A program made the position numbers and the translations under genes. A stretch of DNA of 64,000 nt, from assembly GCA_964413875.1 (NCBI GenBank), contig CAYPUA010000012.1:8068-72067 (forward strand). The letters are read 5' to 3'. How positions within the stretch are numbered: position 1 is the first letter of the stretch; each line of letters begins with the position of its first letter. Shown here piece by piece: positions 56,686 to 64,000 of this stretch. The DNA comes from an uncultured Bdellovibrionales bacterium (GTDB taxonomy: Bacteria > Bdellovibrionota_C > UBA2361 > OMII01). Under the pieces are notes generated by a model. That model made no database searches. It was not told the DNA's origin and saw nothing but the letters and a program-made list of their open reading frames with translations.

Positions 56686-57597
56686 ATGAAGCGACCATCA
56701 CTCGCCAGCATCGTTGCCTCCGGTCTCACACTCGTGAGTTACCTGAGCTGTACCATGAATTCCGCCGCCGACGACTACATCGCCCCCGACCTGGTCAAGG
56801 TTACCACTCCGCTCTACCGGCCGGCGAACGCCAAGTACAAGCCGCGCCCCGGAGTCTACGAGTACTCCGTTGGCTGGGAGGGAATCACAGCGGCTTCGTG
56901 CTCACTCACTGTTCGTGAGGAAAAGGGGCGCTTCCTGATAGAGGCAGCCGCGCGCACCTACAGCGGCGTCGACCTGCTCTACAAGCTCCGGTACGAAGCA
57001 CGTGGGGTCCTCGACTCTGACAACCTCTCCTCTATCAGCCTATCAATCGACCACAAAGAGAACTCCCGCCACAAAACCATAGAGATGAAATTTGAGCCGA
57101 ACTTCGGCCTCATCAAGGCAGACCGGCAAACGGGTGACATCGCCGCCAACCAGAAACACGTTGAGTTCACGCCAAACAACCAGACGCTCGACCCAATTGC
57201 GGCCGCCTTCTTGGCGCGAAGCCTAGACTGGAAGGTGGGAGATTCTCGTGATTTCGATGTCTTTAACGGCAAGAGCCGCTACTTCATCACGCTCACGGCC
57301 GTTGACCACAAGGTTATCAAGTTTCGTGGCCAGGAGCGCACTGTGTTTGTAATCTCGCCCCGAGTCAGAAACCTCACGACCACGAAGCCTCGCTCGAAGC
57401 TCCGCGAAGCTTTCATCTTCGTTACAGACGACGACGAGCGAGACATTTTGCGCATCGAGAGCTCTGTCTTTATTGGCAGCGTCAGCGTGGACCTTGAGTC
57501 GTATTCCCCGCTTCCGGGCGATCGCGAGCCTCCAATTATTATGGTGAAGGCCGCAAACTCGGACGAAGCGCGCGCCCAGATGCGGGCGGAGCAGTAG
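56686..57597 (+). CDS. Hypothetical secreted protein, possibly DUF3108-like.
   Basis: Start trimmed to ATG 56686 ('MKRPSLASIVASGLTLVSYLSC' signal). Beta-rich composition. 'YEYSVGWEGITAASCSL' resembles the DUF3108 N-terminal motif (from memory only). Confidence 0.45.
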   Translation: MKRPSLASIVASGLTLVSYLSCTMNSAADDYIAPDLVKVTTPLYRPANAKYKPRPGVYEYSVGWEGITAASCSLTVREEKGRFLIEAAARTYSGVDLLYKLRYEARGVLDSDNLSSISLSIDHKENSRHKTIEMKFEPNFGLIKADRQTGDIAANQKHVEFTPNNQTLDPIAAAFLARSLDWKVGDSRDFDVFNGKSRYFITLTAVDHKVIKFRGQERTVFVISPRVRNLTTTKPRSKLREAFIFVTDDDERDILRIESSVFIGSVSVDLESYSPLPGDREPPIIMVKAANSDEARAQMRAEQ

Positions 57598-57636
57598 CCT
57601 CAAGGCATCATTCCGCCAGCGCTTCCCGCCCTGCTT

Positions 57637-59043
57637 TTAGCCTAGGCCTCTCAGCGCGCTCGTTAATGAGCTCTGCTGTTGCTGCAGCTTGCTCATGAGG
57701 GCCTCAAGTCGCGCGTAGCGCGCGCGCATGCTCTCTTCCTGGCGCTCAATTTGCCGCTCGGTCTCTTGGATACGGTCGTTGAGATCCGCTATGGCGTCCT
57801 TGTTAGTGTTGATTGTGAGATCGATGAGCCCGTTGAATCGAGTGTAGACGTCTATCGTGCCGCCCGTCGTCGCCGCCGTGTCAGCAAACGAGCTCAAGAC
57901 GTCGCTAACGCTCGTTGGCTCGCTCGCAATCGCAGACTTGAGCTTTGCTGAATCAAAGAGAAGCGTTCCATCTCGTTGCGTCGTTATGCCGAGGTCCGCG
58001 AAGATCCGCACTGCTGTGCCACCTTCAGACTTTGAAGCCGAAAGCGCTGAGCGAAGCGCAGTGAGAGCGTTGTCGTCGACCCGGGTCGAGGCTAGGGGCC
58101 CAAAAGTGTTGGTGACCTCCTTTTTAGTCTCGTCTCTTGTGACAACGTTCCCCTCATTGATGTACTTCACGACATCGTTGTAGGCATCAATGAAGTCCTG
58201 CACCTTAGATACCGTCGTGTCTGGATCCTCAGAGATCCGCACCGTAGCAGTTCCAGTCGATGAGAGCGACAGCGTGACGCCAGGGATAATGTCGGAGATG
58301 GAGTTGGTAGCCCGCGTCACCGTGCCGATGCCGGTAACAGTCACAGAAGCGTCGGTGGCAGCATCCTCGCTGGCCGCGGTCAGCACACCCAGTGACGCGC
58401 CGAGGGCTGTCCGAGTGATAGTGCCCTTCTCGGTCCCTTCGTAGTTCGACGAGATAACAACCTTGTAAGCTGGGCTAGCCGAAGTCCCTGTGTTCACGAG
58501 CGACGCCTGGGCTTTGGTGCTCGCGTTGTTAAACGCAGTGACGAAATCAGAGATAGTGAAGCTGCCGTTTGTCACCTCGACGTTTACTGTTTCCTGCTGG
58601 GCGCCCGTTCCAATCGTGAAGGTGACAGTCCTGTCGAGAGCCGGCTCGCTGCCAGTCAGGGCGGCATCAAGCGCGGTGCCGCTCGTGGCGAATGTCTGGT
58701 CGAAGCTGTAGGTGTGGTTTTTGGCGAGTGAAGCTACCGATACAGAGTAGGCGCCGTTAATTGCGCTGTTTGTCACTGATGCTGCCAGAACGGATTCTTT
58801 GCTGCTGGTGGCGGTTTTGCTCACGCCACCGCCGTTGATCGTCGTAAAATTCTTGAGCGAGGCCTTGAGCAGATCGAGCTTAGTGGTCAGCTCTTCGGCT
58901 GCAGCATTTGTCTCTTCAAGCTCGGCTACCCGCTTCTCTGAGGGAGCAACGCGCGCAGACCGCGTGGCGTCGCTCGTAGCCTGGATCAAGGCCGCTGTGT
59001 CGATACCCGACGCTAGCCCAGAGAAATTGATTCCACCTGCCAT
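57637..59043 (-). CDS. fliD: Flagellar filament capping protein FliD (hook-associated protein 2).
   Basis: N-terminal 'GINFSGLASGIDTAALIQ' and C-terminal 'IADLNDRIQETERQIERQEESMRARYARLEALMSKLQ' coiled-coil. These are typical FliD termini. The Thr/Ser-rich middle is beta-like. Confidence 0.7.
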   Translation of the reverse strand: MAGGINFSGLASGIDTAALIQATSDATRSARVAPSEKRVAELEETNAAAEELTTKLDLLKASLKNFTTINGGGVSKTATSSKESVLAASVTNSAINGAYSVSVASLAKNHTYSFDQTFATSGTALDAALTGSEPALDRTVTFTIGTGAQQETVNVEVTNGSFTISDFVTAFNNASTKAQASLVNTGTSASPAYKVVISSNYEGTEKGTITRTALGASLGVLTAASEDAATDASVTVTGIGTVTRATNSISDIIPGVTLSLSSTGTATVRISEDPDTTVSKVQDFIDAYNDVVKYINEGNVVTRDETKKEVTNTFGPLASTRVDDNALTALRSALSASKSEGGTAVRIFADLGITTQRDGTLLFDSAKLKSAIASEPTSVSDVLSSFADTAATTGGTIDVYTRFNGLIDLTINTNKDAIADLNDRIQETERQIERQEESMRARYARLEALMSKLQQQQSSLTSALRGLG

Positions 59044-59124
59044 AGCTGCCCCTGAGAGGAGGTTTCACTGCTAGGAGGCACGAATAGCCTGGCTAAAAGG
59101 CAAAGAGTGCTCGGGCTACAGGAA

Positions 59125-60465
59125 CTATTTGCCCTTCCGCTTCGCCTTCCGCGAGGTTACCGGACCTACGACCTCACAGATCCAGGACTGCAAGAACGGA
59201 TCCAGGGCGGGGCATAACTCCTTCACCGTGTGCGCGACATCCTTTGGCTTTCGGCGCTTGGCCTCGGTGATGACGAGAGAGATCAGCCCGGGATTAAGGC
59301 TCCAGACACCCCGGCACACGGCTCCTTCGTGGCGCACCTGCTCCGCCTTCAACGCTCGTGCCAACACCGTGGCCGCCATGCCGGAGAATGCAGAGTACTG
59401 TCCGTTGTCACTAATCACCCGGGCAAGAAAAGAGAGCCGACACCCTGGCGCTTGGAGCGCTTCTCGCATAAGCCCAACACACGGGGCCGACTGAATATCC
59501 CGGAGCCACTTTGCGAGCTGCGTGGCAACACGCGGCGCCAGCGGTGCATCCCCGAACAACGAGAGAAATTCAGCGCGAGAGAGAATGCCCGCTACCGGGG
59601 CCATCGCCTCTCGCAGCGAACCTGCCGGGGCGCCTGGCTGTGCGACTGTCTCAACGAAGCGCTCGAGCATCGCAATCGTGGCTGGCTCCAGCTCAACTAG
59701 GCCGTCAGCCGCGCCGCCTGAAGTCCAAGGATGTTCCGCCGGCAGCGCGGGCACCACTTGTGGCATCCGCCGAAAGGCGGCTGTTGGCGGCACCGCTGGC
59801 GCAACTGCTTGTTTTGTTCCCGCAGAGGAAGTTCGTAGAGCTCTCTCGATGGCTTGGGAGACCGTATGTGCCCGTGTGCCGCTCGTGCTGCGCTTCTTGA
59901 ATAGCAATGCCAGATCCATGTCAGCTAGCTGCCCGAACGTCAGCGCCTCTTCGAAGGGGGCTCGTGCCCATGACGCATCCCAAAACTTCCCAAGGGTCAT
60001 GCTTCGCAGCTTGGAGAAGCCCGGATGCACGCGCAGCTCCTCTAGCCTCTGCTTGAGCTCCTCTTCAGCCCGGATTGAATTCACGTAAACAGGCTCGGAC
60101 GCTTGTGGCGCTGCCGGCCGCTGTTCAATTGGCTGTTCTCCGAGAACCCCGCCGTTCCCAAGCGCAGCAAGGAGCTCAGCCAGCCGCTCAACCTGAGCGG
60201 CTGTTAGCTTGAAGCGGGTGGCGACACCGATTGCTCCTGTCTCCACTAGTGCTTCACAGGTCAGTTCGCTAATCGAGCTCAGGGATGATTCATCCCCTAT
60301 CAGCCTGCCTATCTGGAGTGCCTTAAGGAATCCGTACCGGTTAGAAGAGGAAAAGACTGCCAATGCCTCTTTGAGCGCGTCGATAGCTTTGCGGGTTTTC
60401 GTCATTGCTGTCATGTGTGCACCACACCCTTTGGGACGATGCTCCTTGATCGGGAGCGACTCCAC
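59125..60465 (-). CDS. Hypothetical protein (446 aa) upstream of fliD.
   Basis: No recognisable motif. Ala/Leu-rich. Confidence 0.45.
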   Translation of the reverse strand: MESLPIKEHRPKGCGAHMTAMTKTRKAIDALKEALAVFSSSNRYGFLKALQIGRLIGDESSLSSISELTCEALVETGAIGVATRFKLTAAQVERLAELLAALGNGGVLGEQPIEQRPAAPQASEPVYVNSIRAEEELKQRLEELRVHPGFSKLRSMTLGKFWDASWARAPFEEALTFGQLADMDLALLFKKRSTSGTRAHTVSQAIERALRTSSAGTKQAVAPAVPPTAAFRRMPQVVPALPAEHPWTSGGAADGLVELEPATIAMLERFVETVAQPGAPAGSLREAMAPVAGILSRAEFLSLFGDAPLAPRVATQLAKWLRDIQSAPCVGLMREALQAPGCRLSFLARVISDNGQYSAFSGMAATVLARALKAEQVRHEGAVCRGVWSLNPGLISLVITEAKRRKPKDVAHTVKELCPALDPFLQSWICEVVGPVTSRKAKRKGK

Positions 60466-60495
60466 AATCGGGAATTTTGGCCGCTCTCTCGCGGA

Positions 60496-61569
60496 TTACA
60501 GGCCAGCAAAAATAGCCCAAAGCGCCGCAACATACAGGATTGCCACCGAGCCAGCTCCTGAAAAATCCAGCAGCTCGGCCGCTTGCTCTCTCCCCGCATG
60601 GCGCAGCCGCAGCGATACGATACTGAGAAATATTGTGAAAAATATCGCTACTACTGTGACGATATTTATCTGCTCAGCGAGGGTGATTATCGGGGTGTCT
60701 GGCAACTCAGCACTCACGGCGATGGTATTGGCTGAAGCCGCAAAGATTGCGCCAAGGCCCAAGCCAAACCGGGCGTCGAGGTCACTCGACTTAACAAAGC
60801 ATGCGCCAACTGCAAGGATGAGCGCGAGGTACGACACCCAAAAAAGCTTTATCACCGTGATGAGCGACTCGTGGCGAATGAGATCAAGCTCAACCAGAAA
60901 CCGCGAATAGGTTGAGGTATTCGAGCCTAGCGAGCGAAAGCCGTAGTTAGTTGGGTAGCTGTGCGGGCTGCTCGACACCCCCTTAAGCTTTACGTTCCAC
61001 CCGTGCAAGGACACGCTCGGGTCGATCATGCTGCCCTGGTCAGACACGTACTCCATCAGCTCGAACTCGGAATTGCTGTCCTCGATCGCCAAGCCGATTG
61101 TGTGGTTGTCGAATGGATAGCGCTCCACGTCGAATGGCTGGAACACCTTTGCTCGCATCCGCACTGATGAGTACTGGTACCCGTCGTCTTCCATCACCTC
61201 AGTGGCGCTACGTTCCTCGACCTCGCCGTTTACAAGCTCAAAGGTGCTAAAGGGGGTCATCTCCTTGTCCTTCCAGCGGAACCAGAGCCACGCATCGATA
61301 CTCAGAGTGCCGTCTTTGTGAGAGACCTCGGATATGCGATTGAGGTAAAAGCCCACCTGCACAGCCTTCTTGCCCTGCTGGCTTAGGGCAAGCTCAGCCG
61401 CTTCTGCTGGCTCAACGAGCTTTGGGGCTTTCTGCTCCACAGCGACCTCCGGCCTAGGCGCAGGGCCGACGGCTGCAACACCGATCATTCCCAAGAGCAC
61501 TGCTATGCAGGCCCCGGCGAGGACCTGTGTGGTCCGAAGAGGGTCGGGCCGCCCAAAACTCAGCTTCAT
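60496..61569 (-). CDS. Prokaryotic pentameric ligand-gated ion channel (Cys-loop receptor superfamily; GLIC/ELIC-like).
   Basis: Start trimmed to ATG 61567-61569 (signal peptide). Extracellular beta-sandwich 'VQVGFYLNRISEVSHKDGTLSIDAWLWFRWKD'. Cys-loop-equivalent 'YPFDNHTIGLAIE'. Four TM helices M1-M4; M2 is 'GLGLGAIFAASANTIAVSAELP'. Confidence 0.8.
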   Translation of the reverse strand: MKLSFGRPDPLRTTQVLAGACIAVLLGMIGVAAVGPAPRPEVAVEQKAPKLVEPAEAAELALSQQGKKAVQVGFYLNRISEVSHKDGTLSIDAWLWFRWKDKEMTPFSTFELVNGEVEERSATEVMEDDGYQYSSVRMRAKVFQPFDVERYPFDNHTIGLAIEDSNSEFELMEYVSDQGSMIDPSVSLHGWNVKLKGVSSSPHSYPTNYGFRSLGSNTSTYSRFLVELDLIRHESLITVIKLFWVSYLALILAVGACFVKSSDLDARFGLGLGAIFAASANTIAVSAELPDTPIITLAEQINIVTVVAIFFTIFLSIVSLRLRHAGREQAAELLDFSGAGSVAILYVAALWAIFAGL

Positions 61570-61786
61570 TCCTCTGGGTTCGGGCTGCCAGCCCAAGTCC
61601 TAAAGTCGGCGTGCCTCAAATACTCGCTGGCGGAGCTCCGCGACCGGAACTCTTGAGTTTCAAGCAGCCGCGGCATGCCGGCAGGGCGAAAGGGCTGCGA
61701 GCTATGCGATTGAAGTGCCAAGCAAACTGCGTCCGAGCTGCTTTTTCGCAGTGCCCTGCGGCTAAAATAGCGGTATAATCTAAAGC

Positions 61787-63724
61787 ATGACCGCTGCCCT
61801 CGCTCCAGCTGCGCCATTGGGCACGTCCCAAAGCGCTCCAGCAGTCTCTAGCCAAGACATCCCGACTCAGACGGAAGCTCTTGCGCGTGCAAATCCGCTC
61901 AATACCCCTTTCGAATTCAAGCCGCGTCCAAGTCGGCAGACGAAGCCCGACATCATGGGGGAAATCGGCCGCACGTTGCCTGCCGGCCTGGAACTCTACC
62001 GGGCCAAGCGCTTCCAGCTTGGCAGCAAGCTCGAGTTCGTGATGCTGAAAGTGCACGTTCCACCGGCGCTTGAGCCCAAGCTCAAGGAGTGGCGTCAGGG
62101 TCTCGAAGAGAAATTCCCGTTAGCTTCAATCTTTATCCGTCGAGTCCAAGTCGACCAAAAGCTGTACAGCCACCTGCGAAGCGAGTTCCGCGACACAGAC
62201 ATCCTGACTGAAAGCTCCGTTGGCAAGCTTGGCGAGATGATAAAGGGCCTCTTCGGCGAGCCCCCCGACTCAAATATCGCGCCTCGCGCAGAGCTACCTC
62301 TTCGAGAAGATCTGCAGCACATCCCTTTCATCGCGATCGACCGACCCGACGTGCTCAACCCTGAAGACCTCATCCATGGCGAGCAGCTTGCAGACAGCAA
62401 TCTTCTCCTGCGGGTGGCGATCATCGACATAACTGACTACATACAGCTTGGAAGCCCGCATGACAGGTATGCGCTCCGGGTCGGCAACGACTTCTACGGA
62501 CGTAAGCGCAAGATCTCAACGGTCGGCTCCGAGTTCTCCGAGGGCCAGGGCAGCTTTCTTCCCGGCGAGACACGCCCAGCATGGGTGGCCGAATTGCTCC
62601 TGTCGCCCAACGGCGTGGTAGAGCCTGATTCTTTCAACCTCCGTCGTGCCATCGTGAAGAACCACGCCACGGTGAATCCCGACAAGCCCTTCGACTTTAT
62701 CGCTCAGCCAGACATTGCTCCGATCATTGGCTCACTGGCTGGGATAACGCACGTTCTTGAGCGCCAGCGCATCCGGCGATCTCGCATGATCTCGATTGAT
62801 GGCGAGGGCACAGCGAGTCGTATTGTCTCTGAGACGATGATAGCGGCGAACGAAGGACTTTCGCGTTTCATCTGCGACAAGCTCCGCATTCCTGCTGGCT
62901 ACATTGTTCATGAGGAGTGCCCGCAATCAGAGAGAGAAAAGTGGCTGGAGCTGCTGAACGAACTTAGGATTCCAGCCTCCTTGGAGGATCTCACGAATGA
63001 CTGGGCTAAGGTGGGGATTCTCCGATCCCTAGAGGATCTGAGCTCTCCGCTGGCACGCTCCCTTGAGAACAGCATCCTTGACCGCAGCATGTCGCGCTCT
63101 GTGCCGTCCGCGTTTCCCGGCAAGCACTCTGGCTTAAAGCTCCAAGGGTACACGAGGCTAAAACCGCGCGAGGCTCTCGGGATTCTTAACCAGCTCGCCC
63201 TTGATGCAGCCTTCAGTAATCGCAAGGAAGTCCCGCTAGAAGAGGTAGAGAAGCGGGTGCGATCCCTCAACGACAAGCGTTGGGTGAGAGACGAGAAGCA
63301 CTACAAGCTGCTGTTTTTTGAGATGCTCGAAGAAAAGCTACTGCTCGTCGGCAGCCAATTCAACGCGGAGGTAACAAAAATTGACCAACAGGTGCAGTTC
63401 TATCAGCACGGGGTCCCAGTCACCGCCAGCCAAGCCGACCACGCGTTCCTTGACTCTATGACTCGGATAGCGTGGGAACGCTACCTCATCGCCTCACGCC
63501 ACTCCGAGCCTCACGAGCTGTCAGAACCGCCTCCCCTGCCGGAGGGGATAGTGGCTCGCCTTGAGCCGACTCGGTACCACGTGCAAGTCGAAGGATTTTC
63601 AAAGCTGGGAATCATCAGCGCCGAGCATGCCCCGCCCCTAGAACGGGGAGCAGTTGTCCCAGTGCGCTTGCGCGGATTCAACTTGACTACGATGCGCTTT
63701 CAGTTCGAGGGGCTTACGCTGTAA
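61787..63724 (+). CDS. RNase II/R-family (RNB domain) protein with a C-terminal S1-like domain. The catalytic Asp cluster is partly substituted.
   Basis: 'REDLQHIPFIAIDRPDVLNPEDLIHGE' aligns with RNase R '[27 protein letters not shown]', so DxxxxDxDD becomes DxxxxNxED. 'RVAIIDITDYI' aligns with 'HVAIADVSHYV'. 'VSETMIAANE'. C-terminal 'YHVQVEGFSKLGIISAEH' is S1-like. Confidence 0.7.
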   Translation: MTAALAPAAPLGTSQSAPAVSSQDIPTQTEALARANPLNTPFEFKPRPSRQTKPDIMGEIGRTLPAGLELYRAKRFQLGSKLEFVMLKVHVPPALEPKLKEWRQGLEEKFPLASIFIRRVQVDQKLYSHLRSEFRDTDILTESSVGKLGEMIKGLFGEPPDSNIAPRAELPLREDLQHIPFIAIDRPDVLNPEDLIHGEQLADSNLLLRVAIIDITDYIQLGSPHDRYALRVGNDFYGRKRKISTVGSEFSEGQGSFLPGETRPAWVAELLLSPNGVVEPDSFNLRRAIVKNHATVNPDKPFDFIAQPDIAPIIGSLAGITHVLERQRIRRSRMISIDGEGTASRIVSETMIAANEGLSRFICDKLRIPAGYIVHEECPQSEREKWLELLNELRIPASLEDLTNDWAKVGILRSLEDLSSPLARSLENSILDRSMSRSVPSAFPGKHSGLKLQGYTRLKPREALGILNQLALDAAFSNRKEVPLEEVEKRVRSLNDKRWVRDEKHYKLLFFEMLEEKLLLVGSQFNAEVTKIDQQVQFYQHGVPVTASQADHAFLDSMTRIAWERYLIASRHSEPHELSEPPPLPEGIVARLEPTRYHVQVEGFSKLGIISAEHAPPLERGAVVPVRLRGFNLTTMRFQFEGLTL

Positions 63725-64000
63725 CTTCGGCCAACACTGCGAACGCGAGCTTTCCGTCGGACAACGAAACTTTCACTTTGCCACCATCTTTTAGCCCGCC
63801 AAAGAGGATCTCATCTGCCAGGGGATCTTTCAGCTCCCTCTGAATGAGCCTCGCCATCGGGCGGGCTCCGAAGATCGGGTCGAAGCCGCGCTGAGCGAGC
63901 CACTCCTGCGCTTCCACACTCACTTCAAACGTGATGTGGCGCGACACGAGCTGCTGCTCAAGCTCCTTGATGAACTTCCCAACAATTTGGACGATGATCG
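63714..64000 (-). CDS. C-terminal end of a Clp/Hsp100-family AAA+ ATPase (ClpB/ClpA/ClpC-like). The gene continues beyond the window end.
   Basis: Minus-strand translation '...IVQIVGKFIKELEQQLVSRHITFEVSVEAQEWLAQRGFDPIFGARPMARLIQRELKDPLADEIL' matches the ClpB D2 small-domain sensor-2 region (GARPL/MxR). Confidence 0.8.
   Translation of the reverse strand, partial: IIVQIVGKFIKELEQQLVSRHITFEVSVEAQEWLAQRGFDPIFGARPMARLIQRELKDPLADEILFGGLKDGGKVKVSLSDGKLAFAVLAEVTA

Noticed and set aside
1-64000. CRISPR arrays, rRNA, IS elements, integrases and prophage genes.
   Set aside because: No short regularly spaced repeats, no transposase/integrase-like translations and no rRNA-like conserved stretches were seen. 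The only repeats are the two 143-bp tandem copies.

Overview
High-GC (roughly 58-62% by eye) bacterial chromosomal segment, gene-dense, with most genes on the minus strand. I found no rRNA, CRISPR array, transposase, integrase or phage genes. Left ~14 kb (the main hunt result): a Tad/Flp-type (tight-adherence, type IVc pilus-like) machinery operon on the minus strand, comprising flp pilin, cpaB, cpaF/tadA ATPase, tadB and tadC. Unusually, a full-length FHIPEP (FlhA/SctV-type export-gate) gene sits 42 bp after tadC on the same strand, followed by a gene for a membrane-anchored pseudokinase that runs off the window start. Upstream, a PP2C phosphatase - FHA - Ser/Thr kinase - TadZ operon precedes this locus. 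No secretin, prepilin peptidase or minor pilins are encoded, and a 300-bp lower-GC non-coding gap lies where the secretin gene normally sits. The flp pilin gene (59 aa) and the pseudokinase gene are absent from the supplied ORF track. Middle: housekeeping and envelope genes (PduO-type corrinoid adenosyltransferase, RR-PP2C phosphatase, HMG-CoA lyase, MFS transporter, BFN nuclease, miaB, a lipoprotein operon, a polysaccharide cluster with a priming phosphoglycosyltransferase, cysS, ABC-F, sulfatase-family protein). Right: a ligase-associated DNA-damage ligase plus exonuclease pair, two tandem ~143-bp hairpin-forming repeats, an EamA transporter, a DUF2256 - FeS (6-4) photolyase - CPD photolyase operon, a GT-C membrane glycosyltransferase fused to an NPCBM domain, an S8 protease, ribH, tRNA-Leu(CAA), plsC, an orphan fliD, a prokaryotic pentameric ligand-gated ion channel, an RNase II-family protein with a degenerated catalytic motif, and the 3' end of a Clp/Hsp100 ATPase gene. 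All calls rest on reading the translations and sequence by eye; no database search was possible.
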